Shown here piece by piece: positions 16,330 to 22,862 of a DNA stretch of 32,000 nucleotides. The notes under the pieces are model-generated. The model ran no database searches and was not told the DNA's origin. It saw only the letters and a program-made list of their open reading frames with translations. This DNA comes from an uncultured Actinomycetota bacterium. Lineage in GTDB: Bacteria > Actinomycetota > Actinomycetes > Mycobacteriales > Jatrophihabitantaceae. The position numbers and the translations under genes were made by a program. Every line of letters begins with the position of its first letter. Position 1 is the stretch's first letter. The DNA lies in contig OY969101.1 in NCBI GenBank assembly GCA_963697905.1, positions 2,358,347-2,390,346 of the forward strand. Direction: 5' to 3'.

Positions 16330-17000
16330 GTGAAGCTTCTTCTCACCTCTGGCGGCGTCACGAACCCGAGCATCACCCGTGCCCTGACCGACCCGCTGGG
16401 CAAACCGACCGAAGAGGCCACCGCGCTGTGCATTCCCACAGCTCAGTGGGGCCACCCCATGTGCGGGCCGGCCTCGGCGCGCGGCTTCGTCAGCGGCCTG
16501 CCCCCGTGGGGCGGAATGACCTCGATGGAATGGAAATCACTGGGCCTGCTCGAACTGTCGGCGCTACCCAGCATCGGCGAGGAGCGCTGGGTGCCCTGGG
16601 TCCGAGAAGCCGATGTCCTGTTGGTGGACGGCGGAGATGCGACGTACCTGTGCCACTGGATGCACGAGTCCGGGCTGGCGCCCTCCTACCGTCACTGGCC
16701 GAGACGGTCTGGGTGGGAGTGAGCGCCGGCAGCATGGTGATGACTCCCCGGATCGGCGCCGCCTTCGTGGAATGGCCGGCGGCGAAAAGCGACAAGACTT
16801 TGGGAGTCGTCAACTTCTCGATCTTTCCCCACCTGGACGTCTTCCCGACGAACACGCTCGCCGAGGCGGAGCGCTGGGCCGCCGAGATCAACGGGCCGGC
16901 GTACGCCCTGGACGACCAAACGGCCATCAAGGTCGCCAGCGGCACGGTCGAGGTCGTCTCTGAGGGCCGCTGGAAGCAGTTCCACAACAGCCAGGACTGA
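16330..17000 (+). pseudogene. Peptidase E / S51 (type 1 glutamine-amidotransferase-like) protein, one frameshift
   Basis: GTG at 16330 follows ggagg (16321-16325). VKLLLTSGGVTN...LLVDGGDATYLCHWMHESGLA is in the frame of ORF 16219..16722. The sequence continues as LLPSLAETVWVGVSAGSMVMTP...FSIFPHLD... in the frame of ORF 16428..17000. The switch is near 16685. Confidence 0.7.
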
Positions 17001-17220
17001 CGAGACGTCGAAGGCGGCGAGTTCAGAAGCTCGTACCGCATCGCGGGCTACCGCACCCGCGTGTCGCGATGTGCTCCAGAAGCCGTCGCTATGGAGCAGA
17101 CTGCCGCGCCGCTCAAGGCGCGCAGATAGACCAGTAGGTCAACCGGTACGACACATAGCTGCCGCTTCGCCTCGAAGGGCATCGCTTGCGCTATTACCCG
17201 AGGTGCTCAAAGGTTAGGAC

Positions 17221-18186
17221 GTGACCGCAGATGAACCTGACGAATTTGGTACTCGGGATACGAACGCGCCGGACGTTCACGGTGGCACCGCGATGCCGCA
17301 GGGTGCCCTCCCTAGAACCCTTCGAGAGTTTGCGTTCTTTCCGCTTCATCGACCAGAGTTCATTGCCGATGGGGGTGAACGTGGACGCGTCGCCTGGGGC
17401 GACGTGCTCCAATCGCTCGCCGACCTCGCTGAGCTAGAGGATTGGACCGGGCAATATGACCTCGCGCGACCGCTGCCGATCCTGGACAGCTACGTCCGTT
17501 ACACCTACCAACGTCTCGTCCTCGAAGACAAAGTCGCCGAGTCGATCGACGGCGAGACAGCGGCGCTAAACACCGGGCTCCTGACTGCCCACGCGGAGGA
17601 CATCTTCGGCCTGTTCACGAAGAACCGCCAGGGGGCTCAGCCCTGGGTATTCCTCAGGTGGGCAGCCGAATCGGACAGGATCCTTCTCAGATCATTCCCC
17701 GATCCGCCGCATATGGCGGAGTACGTGTCAACAGCTGCAGACCTCGTTTACGACTGGCGACGCCCACTGAAACTCGCGTATGAGCACATACTCGTCAACA
17801 ACATCGAACGCTTTCCCGCCGAACTAGCTGAGCATCCAATGCGTGCCCGACAAGCGCTCGACCTCGCAGTCGCTTGGACGCTCAAGAGGGCGCGACGCAA
17901 CTACAAGATCGTCGTGCCTCAGTGGTACCCGCGCCTCGGGGTAGTAAGCGGCGCACAGTTCCTAATGCCGCTTGACCTCTCAGGTCGCGGCCAGGCCGAC
18001 CTGGCGCTAGTGGTCTCAGCGGTTGGCGAGACTGCCTATCGCGGCCATACGGTGCTAACGCTCGACATGGCATACACCAATGCCCGACTGGTCGCGAGGC
18101 CGGACAGCGAGTGGCTTCGGCCTGTTGCGCCGTCGATCCCCTCAGTCGAGGAAGCATTCGCAGACGCCACCGCTCTCGAACATTGA
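17221..18186 (+). CDS. DUF3825-like protein (unknown function)
   Basis: Intact 321-aa ORF in the low-GC island. LNTGLLTAHAEDIFGLFTKNRQGAQPWVFLRW...YEHILVNNIERFP resembles the DUF3825 family from memory. The start is uncertain; alternative M at codon 25. Confidence 0.5.
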   Translation: MTADEPDEFGTRDTNAPDVHGGTAMPQGALPRTLREFAFFPLHRPEFIADGGERGRVAWGDVLQSLADLAELEDWTGQYDLARPLPILDSYVRYTYQRLVLEDKVAESIDGETAALNTGLLTAHAEDIFGLFTKNRQGAQPWVFLRWAAESDRILLRSFPDPPHMAEYVSTAADLVYDWRRPLKLAYEHILVNNIERFPAELAEHPMRARQALDLAVAWTLKRARRNYKIVVPQWYPRLGVVSGAQFLMPLDLSGRGQADLALVVSAVGETAYRGHTVLTLDMAYTNARLVARPDSEWLRPVAPSIPSVEEAFADATALEH

Positions 18187-18340
18187 CCACGGAATAGCAC
18201 CCTTTGCGAGCGTGACAACGCGGCGACGCAAACCGTCGATAGGTGCGGAGGGCATGGACGATCGATCCGCGCAGATACGCCGAAATGGCGTGACGGAACG
18301 ACCGAAGTTGTCGGTCCCCGGATCGTGAGTGGCGTTCCCC

Positions 18341-21142
18341 CTATAGGTTGGCACTACTGTCCGGCGCTTGTGTCTGAGAGTCCGTGGGCGCCGTGACATG
18401 GTCGGAGTTCTTGTGGCTTCGGGGAACCGGCTGAACGTCTACGCCTGCTTCTTTTGCCCAACTCCGGAAGTAATTGCCGATGCTCCGCGTGGATTCGTCC
18501 GCCCATCTTGCACCGATGCTGTCGCGTATGGCTTTGCCGACCTCCCTTGGGGTGGCTGCCGGATCCTCAGCCAGGAGTTGCAGGCCGGCCTTGCCGCCAG
18601 GGGCTCGTGCGAGCAAGGAACGCAGGATCTCCGGCTGGATCTGCCCGTCTTGAATCAATCCCGGGGCGCTGACACGCACCCTGCCATCGGAGTCGACCGA
18701 AACGGCCCCTAGCGATGCGAGCGTGCGAATACCACGACGCTGCGGGTTGTTTCCGGGCTCCAGCATGATCGGCTCACCGGAAGCGAGATTGAGAAGCACC
18801 ACCCTGGCATGGCCGAGCGCCTCCTGAGGGACGCTTGGCCGCACCCTCATTGCCGAGCGTGACGAGAGGAGCAACTGACGAGCAGGCTGATCATCATTTG
18901 TGACCGAGAACATGCCCCCTCGGCGGGCAACTAGTCCCGCATATTCAAACCAGCCGAGGAACACTCGTGCGTACACCCTCCACGTATTCTCAGTAACAGC
19001 CACAGCAGGGAATGCCGTTGGCAGCGCCCGAGCATAATGCTCCACGTCAACTTGGCGATCTAGCTTTTCGTCCAGGTCTTTCAACGTTGTAAACGCGCGG
19101 TGCCGTCGGAGCGACCGGCCGATTTGAGTTCGGATTTCCATCTCGGGATCGTTGGCGCTAATGACCTCCGGGGTGAGACGAACCCGCAGCGGCTCGTAGA
19201 TAGCCACGCCTAGCAATCGAAGTTCGCGCGATAGGTTAAAGATCACCTTGTCGCTTGTTTGGAGCTCCTGAGCCAATTCTCCAACCGAAGCACTTCCGCC
19301 ACTCCGCATCACTGAGGGAAGTAGTCGGGCAACTGAATTTGGGGTCTGCCGGAGGATGTACGAATCCTCGACGGGTACGCGGCCGGTGGTCAGGTAGTCG
19401 CGGAAAGTATCCCAGTACGTGTCGATTCGATCGCCGATTTGCACGAGCAGCCTGCGGTCTACGAGCGACTGTACGGCCTGGTGGTTATACCGTTCTGTGA
19501 CCTCGCTGGCCGCGATCGGCGCATACCTCGCGACGTAGTTCAAGATCTCCCGCTGGCTTGGGGTCAACTCGGCAAGGTCGGCTTCGAAGAGCGACTGAAC
19601 GTTTAGCGCCTCCGCGAGGAGTTTCTCCTGCGTAACTCCCTTGCTCAACTCACTAATGACGTGATCAGACAACTTTTTCAGCAGCCATGGCAAACCCTGG
19701 CTGTACTCGCGAAGTCGGTCGCGCAGATCTCGGACGAGTTTTGCATTCGCTCGTCTTTCCAGACGGTCGATAAGGGTCGAGACTTCTTTGGAGCCGAAAG
19801 GCTCCATAACAAGGACCCTGGCATTGGCGCGGATCTCGTCTCGAAGTTGGTAGGGATGCCCCTCTGTCCACCCAACGAGATCGGTCTTCCAAGCGAAGCC
19901 CACGATAAGGGGGATCCGGAGCTCACGTATGCCCATGCTGAGGTCCCTGAAAGCTCGAGTGAGCTCCTCAGATCGAAAAACGTTTTCGAACTGGTCGAAG
20001 AAGATCAAAAGCCGCTTGGAAGGATCGCCCCAGTCGGCCTTCCCCAACGACTGAAGTGCGCTGGGGAGGCTTGCCCAGCTCGCAGCTGCGGGTTGACGGA
20101 GAATTCCTTTGGCCTCGGCCTCGATCGCTGCCTTCTGGAGAACCTCCACGACGTACCGAGGCGTTGATGCGGTGCGCGTGTCCATGACCAAGGCGTGTCC
20201 GGCCTGGCTTGTGATCATGTCGGCAAATTTCAGCGCAAGGCTGCTCTTACCCCAGCCCGACCTCGCATTGAGGACATACACCAGCTCACCTTGTGCGATG
20301 GCTGCCGCAAGCTTCGCCATCAGCTCGTTACGGCCAACAAAGAATTTCGGCGATGCGGGGAGTTGATATTGGAAGTCCTCGCTGCTTCCTTGCACTGTGG
20401 CCAGGATGTGAGACTCGATGGAGGGCGTGGGAGGGGGCGTTGGTAGCGCTTCTCGTCCATCAACGACACGAAGGCCTTGCGCGTAGGAATCAGACTCCAA
20501 CAGCTCGCGGGTGGGCGCCGGAACATTGCCCGATGCTGCCCAGCACAGGACCTGGATCGGGACCCGAGATTCTGGGTCAAGCTCCAGAACCGCGCTGTAT
20601 GTTCCGTCCGCAGTAATGACGACAGCTGGGTCGCTCGTCGTTCGACTCGTGAACGGGGGACTAGTTATTAAGCCCTCAGATTTCAGCCTTTCAACGATTG
20701 CGTCTGCTGGGAGGTATAAGAACTTGCCGTCCTGTCTGGTAATGGCGCGAGCTTTCTCCTCACCGTCGGGCGTGAGTCTTGGAAGAACCACCATCAGTCC
20801 CAAGGCATCTGCATCGTCGAAGCGCTCCACTGTGAGCTTTCCGTAGAAGCTCGTTAGCTCCGTTGCTTTTACAGCGCGGCCGTAGACCTTGCACTCAGCG
20901 ATCGCGTGGGCTGCAGAGAGCCTATGAGTTGTGGTGACGTCGAGTTCGATTCCTTCAGATGTCACATTGATCTTTGAGGCCGATGGAGGGTCGTAGCCAT
21001 ATATCCGAAGAAGGTTGCCGACGAAGACCTCGAACAGATGCCCTCGAGCGTTGGCGGCCGCCTGCGGCGTCGCACCGTCGGCGAGCACGATGACGCGCAC
21101 CTGCTCCACGGTGTTTTGTTCCACGATACAAAAGCCTGCCAT
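18341..21142 (-). CDS. Mrr-type restriction-endonuclease domain fused to a STAND (NB-ARC-like) P-loop NTPase, winged helix and ~330-aa C-terminal region; candidate defence protein
   Basis: Intact 933-aa ORF in low-GC DNA. Nuclease core at aa 34-86: GHLFEVFVGNLL...EGIELDV...AIAECKVY. Pre-P-loop FVGRNEL. Walker A ARSGWGKSS (aa 293-301; nt 20240-20266). Walker B LLIFFDQFE (aa 378-386). STAND-like motifs VLVMEPFGSKEV and SQGLPWLLKKL. wHTH-like LTPSQREILNYVARYAPIAASEV. Confidence 0.7.
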   Translation of the reverse strand: MAGFCIVEQNTVEQVRVIVLADGATPQAAANARGHLFEVFVGNLLRIYGYDPPSASKINVTSEGIELDVTTTHRLSAAHAIAECKVYGRAVKATELTSFYGKLTVERFDDADALGLMVVLPRLTPDGEEKARAITRQDGKFLYLPADAIVERLKSEGLITSPPFTSRTTSDPAVVITADGTYSAVLELDPESRVPIQVLCWAASGNVPAPTRELLESDSYAQGLRVVDGREALPTPPPTPSIESHILATVQGSSEDFQYQLPASPKFFVGRNELMAKLAAAIAQGELVYVLNARSGWGKSSLALKFADMITSQAGHALVMDTRTASTPRYVVEVLQKAAIEAEAKGILRQPAAASWASLPSALQSLGKADWGDPSKRLLIFFDQFENVFRSEELTRAFRDLSMGIRELRIPLIVGFAWKTDLVGWTEGHPYQLRDEIRANARVLVMEPFGSKEVSTLIDRLERRANAKLVRDLRDRLREYSQGLPWLLKKLSDHVISELSKGVTQEKLLAEALNVQSLFEADLAELTPSQREILNYVARYAPIAASEVTERYNHQAVQSLVDRRLLVQIGDRIDTYWDTFRDYLTTGRVPVEDSYILRQTPNSVARLLPSVMRSGGSASVGELAQELQTSDKVIFNLSRELRLLGVAIYEPLRVRLTPEVISANDPEMEIRTQIGRSLRRHRAFTTLKDLDEKLDRQVDVEHYARALPTAFPAVAVTENTWRVYARVFLGWFEYAGLVARRGGMFSVTNDDQPARQLLLSSRSAMRVRPSVPQEALGHARVVLLNLASGEPIMLEPGNNPQRRGIRTLASLGAVSVDSDGRVRVSAPGLIQDGQIQPEILRSLLARAPGGKAGLQLLAEDPAATPREVGKAIRDSIGARWADESTRSIGNYFRSWAKEAGVDVQPVPRSHKNSDHVTAPTDSQTQAPDSSANL

Positions 21143-21386
21143 AGAGGTATGGATTCGAAAAATCTTGCTCTACTGCGCCGTGGCCTTGAGAGGACCAGCA
21201 AGACAGGCCGATGTGGCGGTGACACCCATCCGTAGGGCAGACCCTTCCGTCTGACGGCAGGAGCCCAGTGAAGTGCATCGCATATCGCCAGGAAGCAGCG
21301 AGGCTCTGATGCACAGAGTCGGCGGTCGCGTGGTCGTGATTGCGGAGCGCCTGCTCCGGGCTAACCTGGTTGCTTCATCCACTTGC

Positions 21387-21404
21387 TGGAGCGTCGACGC
21401 TCCA
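21387..21404. repeat. Perfect 18-bp palindrome TGGAGCGTCGACGCTCCA 40 nt upstream of the recombinase start
   Basis: Verified base by base as its own reverse complement. A role as operator or recombination core is inferred only. Confidence 0.4.
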
Positions 21405-21443
21405 AGGGCCGCCGGGCTCTGGCCTGAAGTCCCGGAGGTCGCC

Positions 21444-22364
21444 ATGACCACCAGTATCCCGTCGACCGACATCGCCGTGTCGGTCGAGCCGCTGTTCACC
21501 TCGAACGAGAGGATCGCGTTGGCCGGCTTCCTGGCCGGCTACAGCGGCCTGACCCGCGACGCCTACGCACTGGATCTCCGGATGTACACCGCCTGGTGTC
21601 AGCAGCACGACCTGCACCTGTTCCAGGCCCGCCGCGCAGACATCGAGTGCTTCGGCCGCGAGATGGAGGCCCGCGGCCGGGCCCGGGCCACCATCGCCCG
21701 CCGGCTGTGCACCATCGCCGGCTTCTACCGCTACGCCGTCGAGGAGGAGCTGCTCGAACACTCCCCTGCCGTGCACGTGCGCAGGCCCCGGCTGGACCAC
21801 GAGTCCCACGCGGTCGGATTGGACCGCAACGAGGTCGGCTCGCTACTGGTCGCCGCCGGCCTCGGCGCACCGAACGAGCACGCCCTGATCTCGCTGCTGG
21901 CGATTAACGGCCTGCGGATCTCCGAAGCGCTCGGCGCCGACATCGACAAGCTGGGACTCGAACGCGGCCACCGCACCCTGACCGTGCTGCGCAAGGGCGG
22001 CAAGATCGTCACCATCCCGCTGGCACCGCGCACCGCCCGAGCGATCGACCTGGCCATCGGCGAACGACTCGACGGCCCAATCTTCCTCAGGCTCGACGGG
22101 CAACGGATGGACCGCCACTGCGCCAGCCGCATCGTGCGCCGGGTCGCCCGCCGCGCTGGCATCGGCAAGCCCATCGGCCCACACACCCTGCGCCACGCCT
22201 TCATCACCGCAGCCCTCGACGCCGGCGTCGCGCTGCGAGACGTGCAAGAAGCCGCCTCCCACGCCGACCCACGAACCACCATGCGCTACGACCGCGCCCG
22301 CGTCTCCCTCGACCGACACGCCACCTACATCGTCGCCGCCTACCTCGCCGGCGCCGCCCGCTGA
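21444..22364 (+). CDS. Tyrosine-type site-specific recombinase/integrase (XerC/D-like)
   Basis: Start at MTTSIPST (ATG 21444) within ORF 21273..22364. SAM-like N-domain (YALDLRMYTAWC, TIARRLCTIAGFYRY). Catalytic residues are in context: NGLRISEAL (R), HTLRHAFIT (H-x-x-R), ASHADPRTTMRYD (H...Y). GC is high, unlike the flanking island. Confidence 0.9.
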   Translation: MTTSIPSTDIAVSVEPLFTSNERIALAGFLAGYSGLTRDAYALDLRMYTAWCQQHDLHLFQARRADIECFGREMEARGRARATIARRLCTIAGFYRYAVEEELLEHSPAVHVRRPRLDHESHAVGLDRNEVGSLLVAAGLGAPNEHALISLLAINGLRISEALGADIDKLGLERGHRTLTVLRKGGKIVTIPLAPRTARAIDLAIGERLDGPIFLRLDGQRMDRHCASRIVRRVARRAGIGKPIGPHTLRHAFITAALDAGVALRDVQEAASHADPRTTMRYDRARVSLDRHATYIVAAYLAGAAR

Positions 22365-22499
22365 GCACACCCGCCCCGCCGGCCGGGCGGCCAACCGCCG
22401 CTCGGCCGCGCGGACGGACAAAGCGCCCGGAGGCCTCGATATGCGCGGCTGGCTGTCTTCGAGGGACTGGCCGATGATCGGTGTAATTGATCATGGCTT

Positions 22500-22769
22500 C
22501 TAGTTGGTGTTGAGGGGGACGATACGGTCTTCGAAGGTGATCGCGAAGGCGTTGAGTGCCGGCTTCCACCGCATCGCCCAGCGGGCCCGGCCGCGGCCGG
22601 TCGGGTCCAGTGATCGGGTGACCAGGTAGAGGCACTTCAGGGCGGCCTGCTCGGTCGGGAAGTGACCGCGTGCGCGGACCGCGCGGCGGTAGCGGGCGTT
22701 GAGCGATTCGATCGCGTTGGTCGAGCAGATGATGCGCCGGATTGAGGTTAGGGGTGTCATCGCCTTCAA
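22500..22769 (-). pseudogene. IS256-family transposase, C-terminal fragment only
   Basis: IRRIICSTNAIESLNARYRRAVRARGHFPTEQAALKCLYLVTRSLDPTGRGRARWAMRWKPALNAFAITF is the conserved IS256 Tnp C terminus. The 5' three quarters of the gene are absent. Sequence composition changes abruptly at about 22765. Confidence 0.85.
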
Positions 22770-22862
22770 TCACTAGTACGCCAGCCAGGGATCGCCCGAC
22801 TGCTTTACTTCTCTTCTGGGCTCTGCACGTGTCGTAACAAGTCTTTCTTAACGGAGTGCTAG

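Noticed and set aside
21150-21175. tRNA-like T-arm motif (ggattcgaa) next to the island/recombinase junction
   Set aside because: The motif is followed by aaa rather than the cc needed for a T-stem. No acceptor or anticodon stems can be drawn. I found no tRNA gene anywhere in the window.
22365-22499. GC-rich hairpin-like sequence after the recombinase stop (ccgccggccgggcgg) as a terminator, and ggtgtaattgatca as an IS256 terminal inverted repeat
   Set aside because: The stem is short and ambiguous with no U-tract. I cannot verify the IS256 end sequence without a reference copy.
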